Shown here piece after piece: positions 10,225 to 21,814 of a stretch of DNA of 36,232 bases. The notes beneath the pieces were generated by a model. It saw only the letters and a list, made by a program, of their open reading frames with translations, was not told the DNA's origin and did not search any database. The stretch lies in contig NC_069005.1 in the NCBI RefSeq assembly GCF_001194135.2, positions 26,627,156 through 26,663,387 on the forward strand, in the 5' to 3' direction. Both the position numbers and the translations under genes were made by a program. This DNA comes from Octopus bimaculoides (Eukaryota). How positions within the stretch are numbered: position 1 is the stretch's first letter; the number at the start of each line of letters is the position of its first letter.

Positions 10225-10860
10225 AAATAATCGGCCTCTGTTTCAAGTAATTTTGAAAATAATGAAGAATTTATCAAAATAGCTGCCATTCTTCAGCTAG
10301 GATCATCATCATCATCATCGTTTAATGTCCGCTTTCCATGCTAGCATGGGTTGGACGATTTGACTGAGGACTGGTGAAACCGGATGGCAACACCAGCCTC
10401 CAATCTGATTTGGCAGAGTTTCTACAGCTGGATGCCCTTCCTAATGCCAACCACTCAGAGAGTGTAGTGGGTGCTTTTTACGTGTCACCCGCACGAAGGC
10501 CAGTCAGGCGGTACTGGCAACAGCCACGCTCAAAATGGTGTATTTTATGTGCCACCCACACAAGAGCCAGTCCAGGGGCACTGGCAATGATCTCGCTCGA
10601 AAATTCTACGAAGGCCAGTCAGGCGGTACTGGCAACGGCCACAATCAAAATGGTGTATTTTATGTGCCACCCGCACAAGAGCCAGTCCAGGGGCACTGGC
10701 AACGATCTCGCTCGAAAATCCTTACACATGTCACGGGCACGGGATATAAATAAATTAACATAGAATTCCAAGGGAAGGTTTTAATCTGGACCACTTTAAA
10801 ACAGGAATTTATATTATAGAGCCAAGGACAGTTTTGTGCAGGTCGGTATCCAAAAGGTTA
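10225..10860 (-). mobile_element. piggyBac-like MITE family F, split by a family B insertion
   Basis: The reverse complement of 10746-10860 plus 10225-10303 aligns with 19481-19640 (TTAAAGTGGTC.A.ATT.AAA..TTCC...TATGTTAATTT...CAGCT.AA.AATG.CA); terminus TAACCTTTT. Confidence 0.65.
10304..10745 (-). mobile_element. SINE family B, 5'-truncated, with an internal 2 x 115-bp tandem repeat (10493-10607, 10608-10722)
   Basis: (CAT)n tail and GGATGCCCTTCCTAATGCCAACC motif. The two 115-bp units differ at only a few positions. GGAT occurs at both junctions. Confidence 0.85.
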
Positions 10861-11341
10861 CACAAGCCAAAACCCAATGTGTAAGTACCGAATATAGGAC
10901 TTAAATAAAGAAGGTTGAACCAGTGAATGACACAGTTCAATGGCATTAAAATATACAAAGTACAATAAACTCAGCCTAATTTTGTCATCTTATACTCACA
11001 AATAGTAGCAGCTCCATAACTGTGATTAATTATGAAAGATTATCTACATTTAATTAGAGTATGCATTCTCATATCACAATACATAATTACAAGTCCTATT
11101 GACAATAAAATTTTTCCCAGTTTAGGGGAGCAGAAATATAGGCGCATGAAACTGATGGTACAAGGCAAAAAAGCACAATTATTATAACTGTGGTCACAAC
11201 AGCCACTTGAAGGCCTTTTGTCTTGATGTCCATTTTGCCTTTCATCCCTCCAAGTCTATCACTAAAGTCAAAATAATCAACTAACCCGCTTCCACCAAAA
11301 TTTTTGGATTTGTGTCAAAATGTAAAGCTATTATTATTATC

Positions 11342-11525
11342 AAAGTGGCAAGCGGGCAGAAATCATTAGCATGCTGGACAAAATGCTTAGCAGTATTTCG
11401 TCTGCCACTACATTCTGAGTTCAAATGCTGCCGGTTTTTGACTTTGTCTTTCATCCTTTCAGGGTCGATGTAATCAACCTAATCCCTTCTTTCAAATTTG
11501 AGGCCTTGTGCTTCCAGTAGAAAGG

Positions 11526-11569
<44 letters not shown>

Positions 11570-11757
11570 GGTGGTGAGCTGGCAGAGTGATTAGCCTGTT
11601 GGGCGAAATGCTTAGTGGTAGTTCGCCTGTCGCTACATCCAGAGTTCAAATTCCATCAAGGATGACTTTGCCTTTCATCCGTTCGAGGTTGATAAATTAA
11701 GTACCAGTGATGCAATTGACTAGTCCCCTCCCCCAAAATTTCAGGCCTTTTGGCAAA
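11342..11757 (+). mobile_element. Head-to-tail dimer of family A SINEs separated by (ATT)n (about 11527-11567)
   Basis: Two heads (AAAGTGGCAAGCGGGCAG; AAGGTGGTGAGCTGGCAG), each with GAGTTCAAA and CTTTCATCC; each has a different internal deletion. Confidence 0.85.
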
Positions 11758-11940
11758 TAGTAACCCTTTTGGGTTACTATTACTATTATTCAGATTGTTG
11801 CATGATCCATTTCACCTTGCAGCCCATCCTTCACACATCTGAGGGGGATGATGACATAAGGACCAATCCTATATTGCCAATTCCAACTGGATCTCATATT
11901 TCACCACTAAAGAACACAATTTTTCAAGGTACAAAGAGAA

Positions 11941-12225
11941 TGATGATGATGATGATGATGTTATCTCTATTCACTAAAAGAGCATCAGATGATCAGAGTT
12001 CTCCAAACTGTGCCTTTCTGAACGAAACTGCACCCCTCTTCCCAGGTGACACCCATCTTGGTCAGGTCTTCTCAGGCAGTCGTTTGTCACAGCTTCGCCA
12101 GCCTGCCTCTCTTTCTTCTTCAACTGTCCACTCAAACAGTTGTCCTTGCAGGCCTCTCCAACAGTAAACACGATACATGTCCAAGCAGCAGCTTCCTTTG
12201 TCTAGCTGTGATGGTCTCTTGCCAT
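11941..12225 (-). mobile_element. RTE/RTEX-type LINE 3' end with (CAT)n tail, decayed
   Basis: Minus-strand translation TITARQRKLLLGHVS..LERPARTTV*VDS*RRKRGRLAKL*QTTA*EDLTKMGVTWEEG..FVQKGTVWRTLI matches R.RRL.W.GHV.R....R.P.....W...GKR.RGRP..TW......DL...G.TW.EA...AQDR..WR.L. Confidence 0.8.
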
Positions 12226-12955
12226 TTACAGAGAGAATAACAAAGCTCTTTTTAATTCTGCAAAAAATTCTTTTTACTTCAATTGTTAAAGAATGTATAC
12301 GTGTGTGTGTACATATGTGTATACATGTGTGTGTATTGCAATGTTGCTTTGTTAGCTCTCATGAGTTTACTTATAGATGTAACTTCATATGCTTCCTTCA
12401 ATCCTTCTTTTAATTATCTCCATTGCTTTCTCACGGGATTTAATTGTTTTCTCTTTCTACTTTTAGAATATTTATTTCTGCTGCATATTCATATGCATTT
12501 ATGATGTATACTCTAAACAGAGATGACATTTTCTGTTTTTTCATCAAACTGAATTTTGATAGCAATCATATATGAGTTTCTCACAACTGCATCTGTGGTA
12601 AATTTCTTTCAGTCATAACATACTCTCCTTTTTTTTTTCTACTTAAGTTTTTATTTATTCCCAAGCCCTGCCTTGGAACTTTCCTGTCACAATTCAATGG
12701 TCACATTTGACAGTTAAAATAAAAGAAAATACAGGCTCCACAGTTTATAGCAATATTTATCCAATGTTTGCTGAATAAAATGTGATTTAATTGTGCCTCA
12801 GTGTGGTCTGGGGTTGGAAACATCCACAGTTGTTCTTTTCTTTTTTTTGTCTTTGCATATTGTATATTCAAACTGATCATTTCACACAGTTGGAAAATTT
12901 AGGGGACATTTGCCATTCTGACAGGTAAATTGAGGTAAACTTGAATCCCTTAGCA

Positions 12956-13200
12956 CACTGTTTCTCAACCATTTTCTACCTATGGGTCTCTTTGCTTTCT
13001 ATTTTACTCAGATGGGTCATCATAGCCATTCAATGCTTAAAAAAATCCAATTATATTTGTATAACTAAATATCATGAGAAATTGTATACAAATAATTTTA
13101 TGCATTGTAGAAACATAACCAACTTATTGCACACAAACTTTAACCACAAAATCTTACACAGACCCCTAAGAGCGATATAGACCCCAGTTGAGAACCACTG
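12956..13200. mobile_element. hAT MITE, 245 bp
   Basis: TIRs CACTGTTTCTCAAC / GTTGAGAACCACTG (12 of 14 match); 8-bp TSD CCTTAGCA / CCTTAACA (7 of 8). Confidence 0.85.
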
Positions 13201-14383
13201 CCTTAACATCCTCTTAGCCAATTTTTATGTTAATATCAAGCTCCAATAATTTTGGACATTGTGTTAGGGAATTACTTAAGTTAGATCAGTGCGATTGTAA
13301 TAAAACTGGATCGTGTCATCTTCATTTGTGCTTGGATTACCTTTAAATGAAGCAATTATCGTATGTGGAGTCATAATTTTAAAGGAATTCAAAGCTATAT
13401 AGGCCCTTGGGTTCAAGAGTAATAATGAGCGCTGAATTGCTTCCAGCTTTTTCTGCTGAAATTGTGAGATGCATCAATACTTTTCCCATGCTAGAATCCT
13501 TATCATAAAACCTAATGTTCCTGTATGCAGATTATCTCAATGCATTGCTCTTCTGTCAATGTAGTGATTTCACACATTTTAAACATCCAAGTCCAAACAT
13601 TGAAAGTTGAAAGCAGAAATATCTTTTTATATTTCAAAGGCTTACAGCCAGCAGTGTCCTTGTTTCAATTCAGTTAGGCTGTCTACTGAAGAAAGCATTC
13701 CTAGATTGTTCAAGACATAGAGGATGGTGAAGAACATTTCTTGGGAGCAACATTTACCAAACAGTGTATCATTTAGAAATATAATACATATAATACCATT
13801 ATTAACAAAAAAAAAAAAAACACNNNNNNNNNNNNNNNNNNNNNNNNNNNNNNNNNNNNNNNNNNNNNNNNNNNNNNNNNNNNNNNNNNNNNNNNNNNNN
13901 NNNNNNNNNNNNNNNNNNNNNNNNNNNNNNNNNNNNNNNNNNNNNNNNNNNNNNNNNNNNNNNNNNNNNNNNNNNNNNNNNNNNNNNNNNNNNNNNNNNN
14001 NNNNNNNNNNNNNNNNNNNNNNNNNNNNNNNNNNNNNNNNNNNNNNNNNNNNNNNNNNNNNNNNNNNNNNNNNNNNNNNNNNNNNNNNNNNNNNNNNNNN
14101 NNNNNNNNNNNNNNNNNNNNNNNNNNNNNNNNNNNNNNNNNNNNNNNNNNNNNNNNNNNNNNNNNNNNNNNNNNNNNNNNNNNNNNNNNNNNNNNNNNNN
14201 NNNNNNNNNNNNNNNNNNNNNNNNNNNNNNNNNNNNNNNNNNNNNNNNNNNNNNNNNNNNNNNNNNNNNNNNNNNNNNNNNNNNNNNNNNNNNNNNNNNN
14301 NNNNNNNNNNNNNNNNNNNNNNNNNNNNNNNNNNNNNNNNNNNNNNNNNNNNNNTATATATATACATACACACACATACACAC

Positions 14384-14416
<33 letters not shown>

Positions 14417-15134
14417 GCAGGCTAAATATCCTGCAGTGTTACCCTCTAAATACCGAGTTCAAATACTAGCAAGGATTCTACTCATTTCTCTGGTTTTGAT
14501 AAAATAATTACTCGTCGCTCATACATACATACATATATACATACTACATACATTACTATATACAGATAGGCATACATACATATACACATGCATACATTCA
14601 AGTTTTCTAGAATGAAAATATACATGCTATCATCTATGGCCATATAAAGTAAACATAAATATGTGTACTAAAGATACATGTATAATAATGCTATGTGATT
14701 GCTAACACATTTATATGAATAATTACACATTCCCACTCACTTAGAAGCAAACATACACCCACATATATGTTCATGTTAGTTAACAAACACACACACACAC
14801 ACACAGAGTCACATGTCTCTGAATTAGTCTTGGATGAGACAAAGAAACCTTGTAACTCTTAGAGACTGGCTTAAATTCTATGGAAGAAAATTAAAATGTA
14901 TTTCGCAGAAATCTTCATCATTCACTATATCTGAGAACAAAAAAAAAAAAAGTCTGCACAATCATCTTACAATTTAAATGGTTGCATACAGGATGAATGT
15001 AATGCATAAAAGAAAGGATATCACACATATTTAAAATATCTTTTCAATATCTGATAATACTCTTTTTTGGCCGCTGAACAGCTGGATGACCAAAATGAAC
15101 TTTAAAAGTCCAATTCCTACATGCTCATCTGCCA

Positions 15135-15501
15135 GAGTCTTTGCCCCTTTTAGCCTATGTACATATAATGGCATGGAGAAGGGAGGCTGATATGCATGGG
15201 CAACTGCTGGTCTTCCATAAGCAACTTTGCCCAGACTTGAGCCTTAGAGGGTAACTTTCTAGGTGCAATCCCACGGTCATTCATGGCCAAAGTGGAGCCT
15301 TTGCCCCTTTTACCCTATGTACATATAATGGCATGGAGAAGGGNNNNNNNNNNCCTATGTACATATAATGGCATGGAGAAGGGAGGCTGATATGCATGGG
15401 CAACTGCTGGTCTTCCATAAGCAATTTTGCCCAGACTTGTGCCTCGGAGGGGAACATTCTAGGTGCAATCCCATGGTCAGTCATAACTAAACGGAGTCTT
15501 T
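15135..15501. repeat. 160-bp tandem repeat interrupted by a 10-N gap
   Basis: GAGTCTTTGCCCCTTTT at 15135 recurs as GAGCCTTTGCCCCTTTT at 15295; a further diverged unit after the gap ends GAGTCTTT at about 15501. Confidence 0.85.
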
Positions 15502-16125
15502 ACATTTGACAGCATAATCTGAATGTTAAAAGGGTTAAATTTGAATATGAAACTCTTCACCAATGTTGTTATCTAAATTCTAGCATCAATGGAGCAGCAT
15601 TTCTTTGTTAGAAACAAGGTCCATTTTTCTAGAAAGAATTCAAAAAAATTAAAAAACAAAAAGTATAACAAACATTCATACATATACAAGGTATCCCCAT
15701 GTGGGTACATGGAGTAAATAAAATCATGCCATGAACAATTAAATATAAGAAATAATAATTTCTTAAGGTATGTGTTAATCCCCATGTACCCAGACTTTGT
15801 GGACACCCTGTATGTGTATGTATGTGCATGCACGTTAAGTGTTGGGGCACAAAGCCTTCCATGTACTGAATATATACAACAAGGGCGCAGGTCAAAACTA
15901 AATGTGCCGTTTGTTGTGTTTTATGAGATGTTGGAAGTAAGTTCAAGGACAAATCTGTCAGGAAAACATCTGAGAACCAGGAAAAATATTTGGCTAAGAA
16001 CTGACTGGTCTGCTACATAATTACATACGGTTCTCACACTACATGTACACACACACACACATATATGTACATACATACATATATAAATGCACATCAGTAT
16101 ACACAGTTCAAACACTGTATGTAGC

Positions 16126-16162
<37 letters not shown>

Positions 16163-16499
16163 ATCTATATATATATATCATATATTTCACACCACGTGTG
16201 ATTGTCAAGGACATAGTTTCAATGTTTATTTATAGTTAAAAATATTCAGTGAATTATTAATTTCCATTAGCAGCTAATTAATGTAAGAAAGCCTTCTTAC
16301 GACCCTACATCCATATACGCACATACATACATACATACATACATACATACATTCATTCATTCATGCACACATACATGTATGCATGCATGCATGCATCTTT
16401 CATGCAACTGTGTGTGTGTGTGTGTGTGTGTAAATACATACAAAAGTATATAACCATAAACATCTACGATTTAATTAAATGTTTATATACAAGTGGGAT

Positions 16500-16920
16500 G
16501 ATGGTGATGATGATGATGATGATGATGATGGTTTTTAAATGAAAAAAAGGTGGAAAGTGGTGAAAAGTGAAAGTAAAGTGTATGTGTAATGAAGGGATGA
16601 GGATAGGTTGAGGAAAGGAAAGAGGGGGGGGGTTAGAGGAAGATGTAGGAAAAGGATTGGAGGGAGGGATAGAGAGAAGATGTGTGGAGGGAGAGAGAGA
16701 GAGAGAGAGGGTGGGAGAAAAGGAGAGAACTTGGAGAGAAGAGGTGGAGGAAAGAGTTAAATAGAAAGATAGAAGATAGATGATGGAGGGGTGGCTGTGT
16801 GTGAGGGGAGACTGTAAGGAAGTAAATAAGCAGAAACCAAAAGGCATGGTTATGAGAAGAGAGGAAGGAAGGAAGTAAGTAAGGAAGGAAGGAAGGAAGA
16901 AATAGGAGGGAACAGCTCAA
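16500..16920. repeat. Strand-asymmetric purine-rich (GA) low-complexity tract
   Basis: About 400 bp of mostly G/A on the + strand, with (GAT)n, (GA)n and (GGAA)n runs. Confidence 0.85.
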
Positions 16921-17159
16921 TAAATACCCTCCGCCCAAACTGCCCAGTCAGAATAGAGGAGATCGGGGTGGCGGGTGGCGGGAGAAGTTTATCAGATAAT
17001 ATCCTAATTTAGTATTTCCCTGTTTAAACTAGAGGGGGATTTTTTTATTTTTTTTATCTCCTCATTTCAAATACTGAGAGGTGTGTGTGTGGGGGGGGGG
17101 TCGTGCTGAAGACTAGTGAATGGGTGTAGGCCTAAAACTCGCTACATCACACTTCACTT

Positions 17160-17619
17160 TGTATACATACATACACACATATATACGTACGTACATACAT
17201 ACATAAAAACAAATATTCAGACAAACAGACAGACAGGCAGGCAGGCAGGCGTTTGTGTGTGTGTGTATGTATGTGCATGTGAGTTTGTGAGATAATGCCT
17301 GCACGTATTTATACACACAGCTGTGTATATGTAAAGAAAAGCTACTATAAGTGTTTGTTTATATGTGTATGTATGTATGTATGTATGTGTGTGTGTATGT
17401 CTGTGTGTGTATGTATGTCTGTATGTCTGTATGTATGTATGTATGTGTGTATGTATGTATGTATGTATGTGTGTATGTATGTATGTGTGTATGTATGTGT
17501 GTATGTATGTATGTATGTATGTGTGTTTGTATGTATGTGTGTTTGTATGTACGTATGTATGTATGTATGTATGTATATGAGCAGAACTTGCATGAGAAAT
17601 AGGAGTATGCATACAGTTT

Positions 17620-17652
<33 letters not shown>
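17160..17652. repeat. Compound (TATG)n/(TG)n microsatellite field
   Basis: Directly visible; gives rise to the YIHT/MYVC pseudo-ORFs in the track. Confidence 0.95.
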
Positions 17653-17654
<2 letters not shown>

Positions 17655-17796
17655 TGAGCAATCTATCGTCCCTCCAACCATTACCTTACTTCACCAGTCT
17701 ACTGAAGAGGAGGAGAAGAAGAAGAAGAAGAAGAAGAAGGGAGGCAGAGCTGAGTGTGAGAGCAAGTGACTAGTTCCTATTAGTTGCTACTGCATC

Positions 17797-17896
17797 AATA
17801 AAAAGGCCTCCTTTTGTCCGATTCAGTGCAGTTGTCCAGTGAGCAGCAAAGAGCTCAGTTTGGTGTGGTCACTCAATCGGGTGACAATTGGTAATT
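17797..17896 (+). promoter_or_regulatory. Candidate core promoter and non-coding first exon (about 17825-17890) of the LRR gene
   Basis: TATA-like AATAAAA at 17797, TCAGT initiator-like motif with A at 17825 (28 nt downstream), and donor TTG|GTAATT at 17891. Unique sequence island between repeat blocks. Motif spacing only, no transcript evidence. Confidence 0.3.
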
Positions 17897-18099
17897 TCTT
17901 TTTGGAGTAATACCCAAAGTAAGATTAATAGAGAGAAAGAAAGCAAATAAAAAAAATATCAACAGGTCTCCTACACACACACACACACATAATGAGTTTC
18001 AACTGATTATTACTCTCAAATGGTACCAAGTTACAATATTAAATAGTCCCCAAGACAGGTAGGTTGTTTTTGTTTTTGTTGTTTTGTTTCGAAATTTAT

Positions 18100-19385
18100 C
18101 GTTAGTACTGATCCTGCAAACCTATATGATCAAAAGTTTACCAACATTAACCCCCCACCCTACTCCGCCTTTTGTTTGCAGACAGTGTATCTAAGACTAC
18201 ATTATTTAACGTGCCCTTGTTTATTATTGTTGTTGTTGTTCAACCTTGGGTCAGTCCTGATCCAGTAGCAGATCAATGATCAAAGGTATTCCCACCATGA
18301 CCAACCTGTCTCATTCAGGCAGCATACTGAGAACTTGGTTATATATACTTTTTGTTGTTGCTGTTTAACCCTAGGTTAGTCATATCCTAATAGATCTGTG
18401 ATCAAAGGTGGTCTCACCATGACCAACCTGTCTTATTCAGACAGTGTACCTAGGGCTACATTATATATACCCCCACCTTGTTGTTGTTGTTGTTGCTGTT
18501 GAGCTACATGTCCAGCCTAGATAAAATAGAACAATTATCAGACAAATCCAACTATGACCTTCCTGCCTTTTACCAGACACAGCGTATCTAGAAATATATT
18601 ATCCAAAAGGTGATTTGAGGAAGATTTAGCTGCTATTTCTAGCATGTCAAAGAACCACTCAAATGATTGGTAATTAGTTCATTGTTTGATCAAAGACAAT
18701 CTCACCATGAACTACCTGCCTTATTCAGCCAAGTATCTAGGACTTTATCTAACGTCTCCTTCCTTGTTACTGTTATTTAACCCCGAGTCAGTTCCAATCC
18801 AGCTGACCTATGATTAAAAGCACTCCAGCTAGCCATGACCATCTCCTCTCTTTTATTGACAGTGTGCATAAGTAAGACCACATTATACAGTGTCCATGTA
18901 ACATTATTTAAGAGAGCAGACTGTGATTCGAGGGATATACAGCTACTATTTCTAACTGATTAAGTGACCCTGTAGAGTCCTCTTCACTGGATTGTTTGTA
19001 ATATTGTTGGCTTACATATTAGCCCTGATCAAACAGAACTACTAACGAGGGCCCAATCCAGCTTTGCCTTTCTAAATCAGACACAGTGTATCTAGGAATA
19101 CATTAACCAAAAGGTGATATGAATAGGCTCATCATCAGACTTTGGTGCCTGGGGGGTGCTTCAGAATATTCTGGGTGGGCACTAATTTGTAACAATGCTA
19201 AAGTGGAGTTTCGAAATAAGGGTATCACAGTAAATCTGAGGTTGCACCATTGAATAGTGAGGGAGTAATGCCGTCCCGTGGAACCCCTTAGCTACGGGTA
19301 TGGATATGAGGAAGATTCAGCTGCCATTTCTAGCATGTCGAAAAGCCACAGAAATTACCGTTAATTAGTTCATTGTTGGTACTGT
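18100..19385 (-). mobile_element. Cluster of about 7-8 co-oriented family H fragments separated by (TTG)n tails
   Basis: Recurring ATGATCAAAGG...CCATGACC..CCTGTCTTATTCAGACAGTGTA.CTAGG.CTACATTA units from about 18105, 18241, 18366, 18501, 18686, 18777 and 19019. Confidence 0.8.
19123..19302. mobile_element. 180-bp insertion with 7-bp TSD (MITE-like)
   Basis: GATATGA flanks it at 19116-19122 and 19303-19309. The paralogous H copy at about 18605-18625 shows the empty site AAAAGGTGATTTGAGGAAGATT. Confidence 0.7.
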
Positions 19386-19480
19386 TGTTGTCCACTACTT
19401 TGTTACTATCTTTGTTGTTATAATCTGCATCACCCACTTGCTTTCATGTCGTTTCGTCCCTTCTAGCCCTCATTATATAT

Positions 19481-20013
19481 TTAACCCCTTTAGTACCAAC
19501 CCATCTAAGATCCCACCACACATACACACACACAGTTCTATGATACAAACACCTTTTTTTAAAGTGGTCTAAATTTAAACTTTCCATCAAAGATTTTATG
19601 TTAATTTCTGTTTCAAAAAGCAGCTTAACAATGACAACAAGAATGTGCATTTCAGTATAAATATTGTACAAAAGGTTTACGCTGTTGTTGTTATTGTTGT
19701 TACTGTCACAGGTAATGGCTAGAGACTTCTTAACACCACACACACACACACACATAACACACAACTGTATAGCAGCATCACCTTTACTGCATCATTTAAA
19801 CCAACCACATCCAAGCAAAATACTCTTCCTGTTTTATATTCAAACTGGCCAAATCCAGCCTTTCACACCTACCCAACAATGTCATTCTAAACTAAATATA
19901 AACAATCACATCATCGAAATCTCAAAGCTACAAGATAACACCGGATAAATTCAAAACAATGTGAATAACTAAGGATTACATTTGATAGGATAATCTGAAT
20001 GCTAAAGGGTTAA
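19481..20013. mobile_element. piggyBac-like ends: family F left end (19481-19640) and family E right part (about 19839-20013)
   Basis: TTAACCCCTTTAGTA at 19481 and TGAATGCTAAAGGGTTAA ending at 20013. Confidence 0.65.
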
Positions 20014-20114
20014 GAACAGCCCCTTAGCCTGTGCCTTTCAATGGATTATTTGAAAACAGCTCCCAGCCCACCTTACCTAAAAATGCCATTCACTATCATA
20101 GTACTGTAGTATTG

Positions 20115-20310
20115 CAGTTGTTTTTATCTAACCCCAGGTCAGTCTGAGACCAGCAGGCCTATGATTAAAAGTACATTCAATCATGACACTCTTATCAGTT
20201 CCCTATATACAGGGAACCAGGGTCCATGTTATCAAACATGTTCTTTTTTCAGACTGTAAGACATGACTTAAGGGAGGGAGATTTGGCTGCTGTTTCTAGC
20301 AGGTCAAGCC
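20115..20310 (-). mobile_element. SINE-like repeat family H
   Basis: AACCCCAGGTCAG...CCTATGATTAAAAG...GAGGGAGATTTGGCTGCTGTTTCTAGCAGGTCAAGC. Confidence 0.7.
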
Positions 20311-20650
20311 GTCATATTTCTTTCCGTCCTGCTCTCTCTCTCTCTCTCTCTGTTTAGCTTCAAACCAGTCTAACCAGTAATATGACCATCTACCACTACC
20401 ACTCACCACCACCACCACCACCACCATCATTATCATCATCATAAGGAAAGTACAACTTACTCTGCTTATGTCACTCTCTGCTCTCCCCAATATGTAGGAC
20501 TTAGCAGGTGTTTGAGAGACAATAACAATAACAACATGAACTGCAGGAGGTTTACCCAAACTAAAATTGTAGAAGCAACCACAAATGATGTATAGGTTAT
20601 TGCCACCAGTTAAGGACAGACAGACAGACAGAGAGGGAGAGAGACAAACA

Positions 20651-20681
<31 letters not shown>

Positions 20682-20740
20682 ATGGCTAACGGAATCAGTC
20701 CTTATTAACTTTCCTGGTGTCACAGAGTGGATTTCCTTTA

Positions 20741-20959
20741 CCTTTCACTCATTTCAGTCATTGGACTGCAGCCTTGCTGGGGTGCCACTATGAAAAGTTT
20801 TTTTTTTCTTTTTGCCTTGAACAAATTGCCCTTAGTATTTATTCTACTGGTCTCTTTTGCTGAACCACTAGGTTACAGGGACATAAGCAAACCAACACAG
20901 GTTGTCAAACAGTGAACGAGGGTGGGGGACAACCACAAACACTGATTGAGACATACATG

Positions 20960-21048
<89 letters not shown>

Positions 21049-21192
21049 CCTTCTTTTAGTTTCTGTCTACCAGATCCACTCACAAGGCTTTGGTTGGCCT
21101 GGGGCTATAGTAGAAGATACCCAAGGTGCCACACATTGGGACTGAACCCAGAACCATGTGGTTGGGGAACAAGCTTCTTACCATACAGCAAG
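20741..21192 (-). mobile_element. Full-length SINE family C (tRNA head, CORE-like segment, internal (GT)n, 3' module)
   Basis: Reverse complement: TGGTAAGAAGCTTG (A-box-like), GGGTTCAGTCCC (B-box-like), GGCACCTTGGG...CTATAGCCCC, about 90 bp of (GT)n, then the 3' module seen at 2790-2990. Confidence 0.85.
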
Positions 21193-21814
21193 TAAAACAG
21201 ACAACCCTTCTGATATGTTTTCATCTTACACTGACCTCACCAGTGAAGTATAAGACTTCAGACAAAGGAAAGCCTCTGTGCAGCAGCCTGACCTACTTGA
21301 AACAGCAGTCAAATCTCCCTCAACCTACTATCTTTAAAAAGAAGGACAGCACAGCCCAAGATACATTAAGTTTGAAACAAAGAGCAAGATAAATGATGAC
21401 TCCTTATTTAGGGTGTGCCAGGAACTAAATAACAATTACAGGGAAAGGTGCAATGGATAAATGTAATCGAGATATTCTATGGTTACATAAAAGATATGAT
21501 GGTCATATATGGAAAAGTCATTTATTATAAGATAAGTTTGCTCATTCAAGACTTTCCTGAGCTGAACAGCAACACTGTGATTGCATTAAAAAGACACAGC
21601 TAGAACCTTAATTCAATAAAATAACTGAAACAACATTTTCATCAATTCAAATTGAAAAATAAATTTAAATTGAATTTCAATTATAGATTAACTATTTTCT
21701 TCTATTCAGTTTCTGTTTCTGAAATATGTTTCATAAGTAATTTATTATTTTGAAATTTCAAACTGGAGAATTAATATTTCTCACCTGTGATATCCAATAT
21801 TGAAAAGTTGATGA

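Noticed and set aside
17113-17681. His/Thr/Tyr or Val/Cys/Met repeat ORFs (also about 16.4-16.9, 20.9 and 24.7 kb)
   Set aside because: Translations of microsatellite and low-complexity DNA.
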